Of a stretch of DNA of 17,711 bases, positions 1-9,809 are shown piece after piece. How positions within the stretch are numbered: the first letter of the stretch is position 1; the number at the start of each line of letters is the position of its first letter. The notes below the pieces were generated by a model, which saw only the letters and a program-made list of their open reading frames with translations, was not told the DNA's origin and made no database searches. A program made the translations under genes and the position numbers. The stretch is from the NCBI GenBank assembly GCA_049970495.1, contig JBMFMV010000038.1, positions 1-17,711 on the forward strand. The letters are read 5' to 3'. This stretch comes from a bacterium (GTDB taxonomy: Bacteria > DUMJ01).

Positions 1-6
1 AAGAAG

Positions 7-62
7 AACCATCCTGTAGCTTATGTTATATTTATTCTAAAAAAGGAGGCTACAGGATGGTT
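7..62 (+). promoter_or_regulatory. Inverted repeat covering the transposase start codon, with an extended -10 promoter in the loop
   Basis: AACCATCCTGTAGC (7-20) is the perfect reverse complement of GCTACAGGATGGTT (49-62). SD AGGAGG is at 44-49, ATG at 57, and TG-T-TATATT at 24-32. Confidence 0.7.
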
Positions 63-733
63 ACAACTATTCCAGAAGGAGTATACACCATGAAAGGGAA
101 AATGTCTATAATTATCCATAACGCTTATAACTATTGTAAAGGTTCTAAGAAACAGAAAACTAACATCCTAAATGAACTAACTGAGATACTTCATATGAAC
201 AGAAAATACTTATCTTGTTTACTTAGAAATGCAGGTAAAACTTTCTATGTCAATGGTAAGACTAGAATCATAGTTGATCCTAGCTTAAGCCCAATATCCC
301 AAAGAGGTAGAAAGAAGGTTTATACTAAGGAAATTACAAGGAGCCTCTTAGAATTATGGAGGATTTCTAGATATGTATCATCCAAACATCAGTAAGGGCA
401 TATACAGGTTGGAGGAGATATGAGACAGAAGAAGAGCAAGAGATACTAGGAGAACTTCTAAGACTAGTAGCATTAAGACACAATTTGTTTATGCCTACGA
501 TGAAACTAAGCGAAAGGGAGAGGATTGGTGGTAAAATAAAGAGGAGATATAATATGGATACACCGTTTAATAGAGTCATAGAAATAGGGACTATCTCAGA
601 AGACAGTAAATGTAAGTTGCTAGAGCTTAGGAAGTCTATAGACCTCATAGAGTTATCTCTAAAGATAGAGAAACTAGCAGAGAAACTTGACTATGTATAT
701 CAAAAGAAAATTGGGAGGTATAACCATGAATAA
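57..733 (+). pseudogene. Transposase pseudogene with central catalytic region deleted and a frameshift at ~390
   Basis: 57-395 encodes an N-terminal segment (SKKQKTNILNELTEILHMNRKYLSCLL...RGRKKVY...LWRISRYVSSKH). From 392 a different frame reads VRAYTGWRRYETEEEQEILGELLRLVALRHNLFMPTMKLSERERIGGKIKRRYNMDTPFNRV to the stop at 733, matching the C-terminal part of these transposases. No DDE core lies between them. Confidence 0.8.
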
Positions 734-917
734 TATCATATGTATTTCAGGAAGATTTAATTTTGAGGAAAGACGCTAGTCATTAGGTCATCTTTATAGA
801 TATTCAAGATTTTAGATTCTCATATTGGTAGCTTTTATAGAAAAGATCAGTATAATCTCGGCCTAGGCAGTAAATTGCATACCAAAAGGTTAAATAATTA
901 GCTATAATAATTACCAT

Positions 918-2159
918 ATGGAGTGCTATAAAATTAGTAATAGGATAGAAGAGAAGACATCTTTTCGAAAGATTGGCATCCTCTTTCTAGTAATCTTGTT
1001 ATTCTTTCACATCCCTTACAAAGCTAGTAGTTGGACTACAACCTCTAGTATTTCAACTTTTATTAAGTCTCCCGGACCTAATCTATTACTGACTAGAAAG
1101 CGGATAGAAGAGGTAAAATTAGCTATATCTAGACATAATCAAATAACCATAGCAGCCTACAATGAACTGATAAATGAGGCAGATGCACTACTTTATATAG
1201 AGCCAAATCCTATTAAAGGTGAAGTAAGGATCCCTCTCTTTTATTCTAAAAAAAGGCCTATCCAACAGATGTACTCTAGGCAGATTGGAACAGATGCGCT
1301 TTCAGCATATACATTAGCCCTTGCTTATGCCTTTTCAAATGATAAAAAATACGCAGATAAAAGCCTCGAGTTTTTACTTGCCTGGGTAAAAAATTGCACA
1401 AGACCAGAAGATGGTGGGGATATCTGGAATATATTTACTGGAGAAAAGAAGGGCGATACACCCATTGTGATATCTTACCATTTTCCTAAATTCATAATGG
1501 CTTTCGATATACTCCAAGGGATGTCTATTATCTCAAAAGAGAATGAAATAAAGTTTAGGAAATGGCTTAGGCCCTTTGCAGAATATATATGTAAATACGA
1601 ACCATTTATACCCAATAATCACCTAAGCTGGAAAGCACTATTCCTTCTTACTGCAGGGAGAGCACTTGAAGATACTAATATATTCTGTGAAGGCTTAAAA
1701 GCACTTAGATATGCATTAAGAATCCAAATAGCTAGAGATGGTTCAATGCCTTTTGAGCTCATAAGAAGAGATAGGGCTAGTTCTTATACACTTATGAACC
1801 TAGAGGCTTTAGTGCAGAGTATATGGATAGCAGAGAATCATGGGGTCTATAGTCTAAGAGAGCTTTCCTCTATATTTGGGGGAAATATAGAGTTAGCCTG
1901 CAAGCATTTCATAGACTTTCTAATTAATCCTACAAGATGGCATTCTAAATATAGATTTATTATCCAATCCAAGGAGATTCGTCTTCCAGATTACCCATCG
2001 GATTGGGCATGGGTATTTGAAATACCTCTAAACTGGTTCTGTAAAGAGAAAGAACTAGTAAACCAGATGCAAAATCTTATAGATAATAGAGTATACGGCA
2101 AATATCCTCCTAGAAGCTATACAATGCAGTTTTCCACCTTAATATTTCGAAGGCTCTAA
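918..2159 (+). CDS. Alginate lyase family protein (alpha/alpha toroid polysaccharide lyase), probably secreted
   Basis: 413-aa ORF with an N-terminal hydrophobic stretch (KIGILFLVILLFF). Family motifs include LALAYAFSNDKKYADK, NNHLSW and DGSMPFELIRRDRASSYTLMNLEAL. Confidence 0.8.
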   Translation: MECYKISNRIEEKTSFRKIGILFLVILLFFHIPYKASSWTTTSSISTFIKSPGPNLLLTRKRIEEVKLAISRHNQITIAAYNELINEADALLYIEPNPIKGEVRIPLFYSKKRPIQQMYSRQIGTDALSAYTLALAYAFSNDKKYADKSLEFLLAWVKNCTRPEDGGDIWNIFTGEKKGDTPIVISYHFPKFIMAFDILQGMSIISKENEIKFRKWLRPFAEYICKYEPFIPNNHLSWKALFLLTAGRALEDTNIFCEGLKALRYALRIQIARDGSMPFELIRRDRASSYTLMNLEALVQSIWIAENHGVYSLRELSSIFGGNIELACKHFIDFLINPTRWHSKYRFIIQSKEIRLPDYPSDWAWVFEIPLNWFCKEKELVNQMQNLIDNRVYGKYPPRSYTMQFSTLIFRRL

Positions 2160-2268
2160 ATAACTAATATATAAACCCCAGAAAAGTCAGTATCTAATTT
2201 AGTTTAGAAGCTTCAAGATTTAAAGATGTATCCCTGTTCTTCCACTAATAAGCACGTCTCTTTAAAGT

Positions 2269-3579
2269 TTACTTTTTTCCATACCTAGTTACTGTAAACC
2301 TGTAGATATTTTCAACCTCGTCTAAAGATAACCCTGCCTTTAACGCTGCTATCCTTAGCTGTTCTTCTACGGTATCAACACCTTCTAAGTCTGGAAGTAA
2401 TAACCCTCTCTGCCATCCTCTTTCTACTATTACCCCGTAGACCTTTGGGTCGAGTTGTGAGATATCGGTTATTCTTTCTGGAGGATTTAGCACATCTACT
2501 GAGTACTCAAGCTCTGACAATTCCTCTTCCCTTACCGGTGGAAATCGAGGGTCTTGTGTAGCAGAACTGATAGCATTCTGGACTATCTCATATGCTATAT
2601 TAGGCTGAGTCCCTTGTATAGTTCCTATACATCCCCTCAATTCTCCATGCTTCTTTATTGTAACAAATACCCCTGCCTTCCTCTTTAATTCATCAGGAAT
2701 ATTTCGTGGAGTAATCACCCTTCTCTCCTTTACATAAGTTTCTACCGCCTCTTTTGCTAGATTCAATATGTAAGATTCTAAGTCTTCTGAATCCACTGAG
2801 ATGACTTCTCCAACTAGATACCCAACACCAAATGGACCTTCATATGATAAAACCTTGGTCCTAACCTTTCTCTCATCCATCACACCTGCAAGCATTACTA
2901 GTGATCTAAGTCCACACTCTCCTGCTCTCTCTATCAATTCCGGGTCCAAATTCAGGAATCCTTTAAGATCTCCACTTTTCACAATCTCTACTACCGCCTG
3001 ATCAAATATCTTGCCCATTGGGTCATATCCATTTGGAGATCCTGGGAGTAATCTGTGTGACATATCACCACTTGCTACAAATACAACATTCCTCTCAGTC
3101 ACATTATTTATAACCTTCCCGAAGGAATATATCCTTTCTAATGGTAAAAGAGAAAAGGAAATTAGAACTAATTCAGGTTTATAATCTAGCTCTTTAGTTA
3201 GATAGTAAAGTGGCACCATAGTTCCATGGTCTAGGCGTATATTAGTTATCTCCTTAACCGGTAAGTCTGATTCTCTAGCAGCACCTATAATCTTTTTAGT
3301 CAAATTTATATCTATATCAAATTCAAATCTCACCCAGGGAGTTCCAAATTCTCTAAAATCACCTTCTATCCTCTCTTGAGTAACAATACCAAAGTATCTT
3401 AGAAATAACTCACAATGAGGAGATACAACTATAAAAGTCTCCGGAGAAATCTCTTTCATCTTTTTACCTAGGGTGACCATTGCCTCAACCGTTGAAGATA
3501 CCTCCTCTAGATACCTCCTTCCTATATCAGGTATAATAAGAGGAGGATGAGGAGTTATAACTGCATATTTTATACCCAT
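2269..3579 (-). CDS. amrA: Memo/LigB-like (class III extradiol dioxygenase fold) + AMMECR1 domain fusion (AmmeMemoRadiSam system protein B/A fusion)
   Basis: N-terminal PHPP, SPH, LDHG, ASGDMSH, GECG and YEGPFGVGY motifs; C-terminal GVFVT, LRGCIG, DPRF and GLLLP motifs. SD GGAGG lies directly after the mutL stop. Confidence 0.9.
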   Translation of the reverse strand: MGIKYAVITPHPPLIIPDIGRRYLEEVSSTVEAMVTLGKKMKEISPETFIVVSPHCELFLRYFGIVTQERIEGDFREFGTPWVRFEFDIDINLTKKIIGAARESDLPVKEITNIRLDHGTMVPLYYLTKELDYKPELVLISFSLLPLERIYSFGKVINNVTERNVVFVASGDMSHRLLPGSPNGYDPMGKIFDQAVVEIVKSGDLKGFLNLDPELIERAGECGLRSLVMLAGVMDERKVRTKVLSYEGPFGVGYLVGEVISVDSEDLESYILNLAKEAVETYVKERRVITPRNIPDELKRKAGVFVTIKKHGELRGCIGTIQGTQPNIAYEIVQNAISSATQDPRFPPVREEELSELEYSVDVLNPPERITDISQLDPKVYGVIVERGWQRGLLLPDLEGVDTVEEQLRIAALKAGLSLDEVENIYRFTVTRYGKK

Positions 3580-3590
3580 ATTTATCCTCC

Positions 3591-5225
3591 TTATCTACCG
3601 AATTTTCTAAAAGCAGAATCACGATCAATAAGTTCTACTATTATAGGCCTGCCGTGAGGACAGAACCTATAGTTCTTTACTTTAGACAGTTTCTCTAAGA
3701 GCTCTTTCATTTCTTCTATAGAAAGCCTATCCCCTAACTTTACTGCACTCTTGCAGGCAATCTCTCTCTTCAGATTGTTTATATCTAAATCTTTACTCTC
3801 TAGATAATCATTTAAAGCTGTATCTATATCAACATATTTTAAGAAAGATGGGATAGCTCTTATAACTATAATATCTGGGCCTCCTATATCACACTCGAAT
3901 CCAATCTGATTAAGATTATTTACTACGATTTCTAGAATCTCATAAGGGACATTGTATATTTCAACATACTTTGGTTCTAAAAGAAATTGGGGCAAGCTTC
4001 TAATCTCCCCGAAGGAATCAAATAGGACCCTCTCGTGTGCGACATGCTGGTCTATTAGATATATACCCTTACTAGAGGTACAGACTATAAAAGCGTTTAA
4101 GTATTGACCTAAGGGCTCAAGCGGGAATATATCTTCATCTTTTTCAGAAACTTCAGATATCAGGACCTTTTGTTCGTAAGAAGATACCTCTTCTTCCTCT
4201 TTTATTGTAGAAGGTATAAACTCTTCAGTCTTAGGTTCGATATAAGAAGCTTTTCTTTCTACCAATGTATTATGTATGGCATTATATACCTCACCGTAGA
4301 CTCTACTCTCTTCTAATATCTTTATCTCTAATTTTGCTGGATGTATATTTACATCTATAAAGTTTGCTGGAAGCTTTAAATCCATTATTATAAAAGGAAA
4401 ACCTTTATCCCCAACGACCTTAGATACTACATCCTCTACCACCTTTTGTAGTATGTGGGACTTAACGATTCTTCCATTTATAGATAAGATTTCTCTCTTC
4501 CTGTCTGGATATAGCCTTCCCCTATCTAAGAGTCCCTTTATTCCTATAGGGGACTTAGAAAGGTCCAGATAGACTGGATCGAGAGGTTTCTCAAATATAA
4601 CTTCTGCTACCTCTCTCAGATCTCCACTACCTGGTGTAACAAATACATTTTCGCCATCGGCTTCAACTATAAATGAAATATCTGGATATATAAGCGCATA
4701 CCTTCTTACCCAATCTATAGCCAAATTTCTCTCATAAATATCACTTTTTAAGAATTTTCTCCTTGCAGGGAGATTATAGAAGAGATTTTCAACAGATATC
4801 CGAGTCCCCTTTGGTAAACCAATCAATTCTGAACTCTTCTCTTTTCCTCCCTCTATCACATACCTCATTCCATCTTCCCCTGTGCTTGTCTCTAATGTTA
4901 CCTTAGAGACCAAAGCTATACTCGATAATGCCTCGCCTCTAAAACCTAATGTAGATACACTGTAAAGGTCATCAACATCTTCTATCTTACTTGTAGTATA
5001 TCTTTCAAAAACTATTGGTACATCGTCTAGCTCTATACCAGATCCATCATCTCTTACTTCTATCTTCTTTTTCCCACCAGCCACGATATTTACATATATA
5101 TGCTTAGCACCTGCATCTATAGAGTTCTCGATAAGTTCTTTTACTACTGAGGCAGGTCTCTCAACCACTTCTCCAGCTGCTATATGCTGAATGACGTTTT
5201 GAGGAAGTCTTCTTACCCTTCCCAC
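3591..5225 (-). CDS. mutL: DNA mismatch repair endonuclease MutL
   Basis: GHKL motifs [31 protein letters not shown] and [16 protein letters not shown]-terminal [17 protein letters not shown] and FxR; clamp-binding-like QFLLEP. GTG start with SD AGGAGG. Confidence 0.97.
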   Translation of the reverse strand: MGRVRRLPQNVIQHIAAGEVVERPASVVKELIENSIDAGAKHIYVNIVAGGKKKIEVRDDGSGIELDDVPIVFERYTTSKIEDVDDLYSVSTLGFRGEALSSIALVSKVTLETSTGEDGMRYVIEGGKEKSSELIGLPKGTRISVENLFYNLPARRKFLKSDIYERNLAIDWVRRYALIYPDISFIVEADGENVFVTPGSGDLREVAEVIFEKPLDPVYLDLSKSPIGIKGLLDRGRLYPDRKREILSINGRIVKSHILQKVVEDVVSKVVGDKGFPFIIMDLKLPANFIDVNIHPAKLEIKILEESRVYGEVYNAIHNTLVERKASYIEPKTEEFIPSTIKEEEEVSSYEQKVLISEVSEKDEDIFPLEPLGQYLNAFIVCTSSKGIYLIDQHVAHERVLFDSFGEIRSLPQFLLEPKYVEIYNVPYEILEIVVNNLNQIGFECDIGGPDIIVIRAIPSFLKYVDIDTALNDYLESKDLDINNLKREIACKSAVKLGDRLSIEEMKELLEKLSKVKNYRFCPHGRPIIVELIDRDSAFRKFGR

Positions 5226-7803
5226 TTGATTCCTCCTTTACTCTCTTTGCCCATTCTGAGATCTTGAGTAAGGCATCTAGAGGAGATAGAATATCTACAT
5301 CTATGTCCCTTAGTTCCTCAATAATAGGATGTTCTACTATGGCAAAGAGTGGTGGCTGTATAATCTTTCTCTTAGGGGGAGATTTCTTTTCCTCAGAACT
5401 TTCTAACATCTTTAGGATCTCCTCTGCCCTAGAGATAACAGTCTGGGGAAGCCCTGCTAACTTAGCCACATATATCCCATAACTCTTATCAGCAGACCCT
5501 CTTTTAACTCTGTAGAGGAAGGTCACATAATCTTCTTTCTCTTCAACTGCTACCGTATAATTTTTTACACCTCTTAATTGTTCTTCTAGTGCTGTGAGTT
5601 CGTGATAGTGAGTCGCAAAGAGTGTCCTAGGTCTGTCATTATGATTTGCAAGATACTCCACAAGTGCCCATGCCAAACTCATCCCATCATATGTACTCGT
5701 TCCTCTTCCTACCTCATCAAATATAAGGAGACTTCTAGGCGTTATGTTATTAATTATCCTTGCAGTCTCTTCCATCTCAACCATAAACGTACTCTGATGT
5801 AAACTAAGATAATCCTGAGCTCCTATTCTTGCAAATATCTTATCTACTATGCCTATATGTGCTTCTTTGGCAGGAACAAAACAGCCTATCTGAGCCATAA
5901 TAACTATAAGTCCTACTTGTCTCATATATGTAGATTTTCCAGCCATATTAGGACCTGTTATAAGGATAACTTGATAGTCATCTCTGTCTAGATATGTATC
6001 ATTAGGGATAAATGTATGCTCCAAGGATTTTTCCAAAATAGGATGTCTACCACCCTTTATCTCTATTCTAAAATCATCCCCTAATATAGGTCTAACATAA
6101 TTATTTATCCTTGAGGCATAGGCAAAACTTTGTAATACATCTAGTATTGCTACACTACTAGCAGTCCTCTGTATCTCCTTTATCCATTTACCAGCAGTAT
6201 CCCTTAATTTTATAAATGCTTCATACTCTAACGCCTTTAATTTTTCATCTGCACCTAGGATCTTTTCTTCAAAGTTTTTAAGCTCCTCAGTAATAAATCT
6301 CTCCGCATTTACCAGCGTCTGTTTTCTTATATAATCGTCTGGGACAAGATGTAAATTCGGTTTTGTGACTTCAATATAATATCCAAATACTTTATTATAA
6401 CTAACCTTTAATGACTTTATCCCTGTTCTTTCCTTTTCTCTATTTTCAAATTGTAAGAGCCACTTGTTAGAATTATGTAGCATATCTCTAAGCTGGTCTA
6501 TCTCTGAGTCAAACCCATTCCTAATGATTCCACCTTCAGTTACAGTCACCGGAGGGTCTTCTACTATAGCCCTCTCTAATATATCTACTAAAGGGGAAAA
6601 ATCTGGTATGCTCTCCCATATATCCCTTAAGATCTTACTCTTTGGCTCAAATATCTTCTTTAGATTCATTGCGTTTCTTAATGAATTCTTAAGTGCCAAT
6701 AAGTCTCTAGCATTCCCAATTCCGCAGGAGAGCCTCCCTATTATACGTTCGAAGTCTCCTATATTCTTCAGACATTCTCTTATCTTTTCTGTCTCAAGAT
6801 AACTATCGAGTAATTCTTCTACTCCGTCTAATCTTTCATTTATAGCCCCTACATCTATAAGCGGATAAGATATCCAATTCTTTAGTAGTCTAGCTCCCAT
6901 AGGGGTAACTGTATAGTTAATAGTGCTATATAGGGTAAATCTAGTTGAACGGTCTATAGTGTTTCTAAGTAATTCTAAACTTTCTCCCGCCCTATGGTCT
7001 ATAAGCATATACCTTGCAGGATTGTAGAGTCTTATCGGCATAATATGTCTTGGGATACTCTTCTGAGTATATTCAAGATATGCTAATAATGCCCCTGAAG
7101 CAATAACCGACAGTGTTAAGCCTTCTAATCCAAAGGAAGTCAGATTTTGGATATTGTAAAGTTCTAAGATTTTGTTATATGAGAGATCATAATCAAAAAA
7201 TTCGGAGTCAAATTCAGAGATAGTCCACTTCCTAAAGACTTCCTCCTCTACAAAATCAAATGGATTCTCCCCTCTTTTTACCACGACCTCAGATATAGGG
7301 AGCTTTAAAAGTCCCTCCAAAAGTATTTCCCAATCCTTAAAAGGAAACTGGTTTGTGTAGAATTCTCCAGTAGATAGGTCTATAAAGGAAAGCCCAAAAC
7401 CTATCTTCTCATCTCTAACTACACAGGCTATGTAGTTGTTACTCTCTGCATCCAGAGAGATGAAATTTGTCCCTGGTGTAATAATCTTTATTACATCTCT
7501 TTTTACTAAGCCCTTGGCTAATTTTGGATCTTCTAGTTGTTCACATATCGCTATCTTATACCCCTTTTCTAGAAGTTTAGGAATATAGTTCTCTACTGCA
7601 TGATAGGGGATACCTGCCATCGGTATTCTATTACTTTTGGATACCTCTCTAGATGTTAGCGCTATCTGGAGCTCTTTACTTGCTATGTATGCATCGTCTT
7701 GGAAAAGCTCATAGAAGTCTCCAAGCCTGAATAGTAATAATACATCAGGATACTTTTTCTTTATTCTTCTATACTGTTCTATCATAGAAATAGAGTTAGA
7801 CAA
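5161..7803 (-). CDS. mutS: DNA mismatch repair protein MutS (MutS1)
   Basis: GDFYELF mismatch-binding motif, Walker A GPNMAGKST, STFMVEM, DEVGRGTST, FATHY and SYGIYVAKLAGLP. TTG start; exact start uncertain. Confidence 0.97.
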   Translation of the reverse strand: MSNSISMIEQYRRIKKKYPDVLLLFRLGDFYELFQDDAYIASKELQIALTSREVSKSNRIPMAGIPYHAVENYIPKLLEKGYKIAICEQLEDPKLAKGLVKRDVIKIITPGTNFISLDAESNNYIACVVRDEKIGFGLSFIDLSTGEFYTNQFPFKDWEILLEGLLKLPISEVVVKRGENPFDFVEEEVFRKWTISEFDSEFFDYDLSYNKILELYNIQNLTSFGLEGLTLSVIASGALLAYLEYTQKSIPRHIMPIRLYNPARYMLIDHRAGESLELLRNTIDRSTRFTLYSTINYTVTPMGARLLKNWISYPLIDVGAINERLDGVEELLDSYLETEKIRECLKNIGDFERIIGRLSCGIGNARDLLALKNSLRNAMNLKKIFEPKSKILRDIWESIPDFSPLVDILERAIVEDPPVTVTEGGIIRNGFDSEIDQLRDMLHNSNKWLLQFENREKERTGIKSLKVSYNKVFGYYIEVTKPNLHLVPDDYIRKQTLVNAERFITEELKNFEEKILGADEKLKALEYEAFIKLRDTAGKWIKEIQRTASSVAILDVLQSFAYASRINNYVRPILGDDFRIEIKGGRHPILEKSLEHTFIPNDTYLDRDDYQVILITGPNMAGKSTYMRQVGLIVIMAQIGCFVPAKEAHIGIVDKIFARIGAQDYLSLHQSTFMVEMEETARIINNITPRSLLIFDEVGRGTSTYDGMSLAWALVEYLANHNDRPRTLFATHYHELTALEEQLRGVKNYTVAVEEKEDYVTFLYRVKRGSADKSYGIYVAKLAGLPQTVISRAEEILKMLESSEEKKSPPKRKIIQPPLFAIVEHPIIEELRDIDVDILSPLDALLKISEWAKRVKEESSGKGKKTSSKRHSAYSSWRSG

Positions 7804-7846
7804 GGTTTATACTAACCCCCATTAGAAAATATACTTCCTTAAATCT

Positions 7847-7855
7847 ATTTTATCA
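7847..7855 (-). promoter_or_regulatory. Putative internal extended -10 promoter for mutS-mutL-amrA
   Basis: Minus strand TG-A-TAAAAT in the 75-bp aroA-mutS gap. Confidence 0.45.
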
Positions 7856-7878
7856 CTAATTGATAGGAATATTAATAT

Positions 7879-9156
7879 CTATAATCTACCTATTATGTCC
7901 CAAAACTCGGGAAATGATATAGAGACACACTCCTCATTATCTATCGATATAGGTCCCCTCGCTGAGAGACCTGCTATTGCCAAAGCCATAGCAATCCTAT
8001 GGTCATTATAGCTCTCTACAGTACCCCCATTGGGTATAGATGGACCGTATATAACAAAGCCATCTGGTAGTTCTTCTATATTGACTCCTAATTTTCTAAA
8101 TTCTGTAACAATAGATCTTATTCTATCGCTCTCTTTCACTCTAAGTTCTTCTGCCCCTCTTACAACCGTCTCTCCTTCTGCATATGCACCAAGGACAGCA
8201 ATAAGAGGAATCTCGTCTATAAGAATTGGTATCTCTTCTCTTGATACTATTGTCCCTTTAAGGTAGGAGCTTCTAACAACTACATCTCCCACTGGTTCGT
8301 TTAAGATTTCCTCTTTATAATATACATACACCTCTCCACCCATCCTTTTTATAACATCTAATAGCCCTATCCTACCAGGGTTAAGTCCGACATCTCTTAC
8401 TGTGATCTCAGAGTCTGGTACTATAAGCCCTGCTGTTATAAAGAAGCTAGCAGAGGAGAAATCACCAGGGACATATACCTTTTGTCCCTCGAGTTTCTGA
8501 GTTCCATATACTATTACCGTGTTTCCCTCTTTCTCCAATTTGGCACCAAAAGCTGGTAATAGTCTCTCTGTATGGTCTCTAGATGGCAGTGGTTCTGTTA
8601 TTCTACTTTTGCCTTCTGCTAATAGTCCTGCTATTATAATAGCAGATTTTATCTGGGCACTTGCTATAGGAAGCTTATAATCTATAGGATTCAATGGATA
8701 TCTCCCCTTTATAGCCATCGGCGGAAATCTATTGTTTCCTCTAGCCCAGAATTCTGCACCCATAAGAGAAAGAGGAATGATTACTCTATCCATTGGTCTT
8801 TTTCTTAAGGAATCATCTCCGGTAATAACGGAGAAAAATGGTTGACCTGCTAGAAGACCAGAGAGTAACCTTATAGTTGTTCCAGAATTTTCTGCATCAA
8901 GTATATTGCTAGGCTCTTTAAATCCTCTAATACCAGCCCCTCTTACTTTTATCTTCTTATCTTCTCCTATTTCTACTCCCAAATCCCTCAGACATTTTAT
9001 AGTAGAGTAGCAATCTCTGGCTGAGGAAAAGTTCTCTATCTCACTAATCCCTTCACTCATAGCAGAGAAAATAACCACCCTATGTGATATAGACTTATCA
9101 CCATTTACTCTGATTTCAGCCCTAATACCCTTTCTTTTAGGTTCAACTTTTATCAT
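7879..9156 (-). CDS. aroA: 3-phosphoshikimate 1-carboxyvinyltransferase (EPSP synthase, class II-type motifs)
   Basis: [32 protein letters not shown] and DHRIAM motifs. ATGA overlap with the nth stop. Confidence 0.97.
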   Translation of the reverse strand: MIKVEPKRKGIRAEIRVNGDKSISHRVVIFSAMSEGISEIENFSSARDCYSTIKCLRDLGVEIGEDKKIKVRGAGIRGFKEPSNILDAENSGTTIRLLSGLLAGQPFFSVITGDDSLRKRPMDRVIIPLSLMGAEFWARGNNRFPPMAIKGRYPLNPIDYKLPIASAQIKSAIIIAGLLAEGKSRITEPLPSRDHTERLLPAFGAKLEKEGNTVIVYGTQKLEGQKVYVPGDFSSASFFITAGLIVPDSEITVRDVGLNPGRIGLLDVIKRMGGEVYVYYKEEILNEPVGDVVVRSSYLKGTIVSREEIPILIDEIPLIAVLGAYAEGETVVRGAEELRVKESDRIRSIVTEFRKLGVNIEELPDGFVIYGPSIPNGGTVESYNDHRIAMALAIAGLSARGPISIDNEECVSISFPEFWDIIGRL

Positions 9157-9809
9157 CTAGAACGCTTCACCCCTATTCTATCACAGTATTCTCTTATAGG
9201 ACATATACTACATCGAGGAGATACTGGATGACATATAGTCTGCCCTAGAGTAACCAAGAGGTCATTAAATTCTATCCAGTATTCTACTGGTAACTTCTCT
9301 CTGAGGGCAAACTCTGTCTCTTCAGGTGTTTTTGTCTTAACATATCCCAGTCTATTAGATATCCTATGTACATGTGTATCTACACATATACCTGGCTTAT
9401 TATAACTTAAAGTTATCACTAGATTCGCAGTCTTCCTTCCAATACCCTTAATCTTCAACAATTCTTCCAAATCATCTGGGACCTTGCCGTTATACTTTTC
9501 AACCAACACTTTACTTATCTCTTTTATAGTCTTAGCTTTATTCCTATAAAAACCAACAGGATATATAGCCTTTGCTATCTTATCTTCACTCAGATTTAAC
9601 ATTTCTTCTGGCGTATTTGCTAGAGAGAATAATCTCTCACTTGCAGATGCGGTAACATTATCCTTTGTCCTTAAACTGAGTATAGTAGAAATAAGTATGC
9701 GGAAAGGGTCTCTTTCCCTTTCCGCTATTTGAGTTACAATTGGCTGCTTCCAATTCTTTACCGACTCTCTAAGTATTTCTATTATTCTATGTATATCACT
9801 ATCTCTCAC
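9153..9809 (-). CDS. nth: Endonuclease III (HhH-GPD glycosylase/AP lyase, 4Fe-4S)
   Basis: HhH motif [15 protein letters not shown] with catalytic Lys, VDTHVHR, and C-X6-C-X2-C-X5-C. Start reassigned from TTG 9830 to the in-frame GTG at 9809, which forms a GTGA overlap with the upstream stop. Confidence 0.93.
   Translation of the reverse strand: MRDSDIHRIIEILRESVKNWKQPIVTQIAERERDPFRILISTILSLRTKDNVTASASERLFSLANTPEEMLNLSEDKIAKAIYPVGFYRNKAKTIKEISKVLVEKYNGKVPDDLEELLKIKGIGRKTANLVITLSYNKPGICVDTHVHRISNRLGYVKTKTPEETEFALREKLPVEYWIEFNDLLVTLGQTICHPVSPRCSICPIREYCDRIGVKRSR

Larger units (their letters stand above)
7..775 (+). mobile_element. Defective insertion sequence remnant (ISNCY-like / integrase-core transposase type); the left end may lie outside the window and the right end is approximate
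   Basis: Carries N- and C-terminal transposase fragments and a 14-bp inverted repeat over the start codon. A 3' tail (TTTCAGGAAGATTTAATTTTGAGGAAAGACG, 745-775) resembles, from memory, right ends of this element type. No TIR pair or target duplication can be confirmed in the window. Confidence 0.65.

Noticed and set aside
2160..2268. Bidirectional terminator or sRNA between the convergent lyase and amrA genes
   Set aside because: No convincing GC-rich stem with a U-tract was found by eye.
5161..7803. MutS2 rather than MutS1
   Set aside because: It has the GDFYE mismatch-recognition domain, lacks a C-terminal Smr domain, and is adjacent to mutL.
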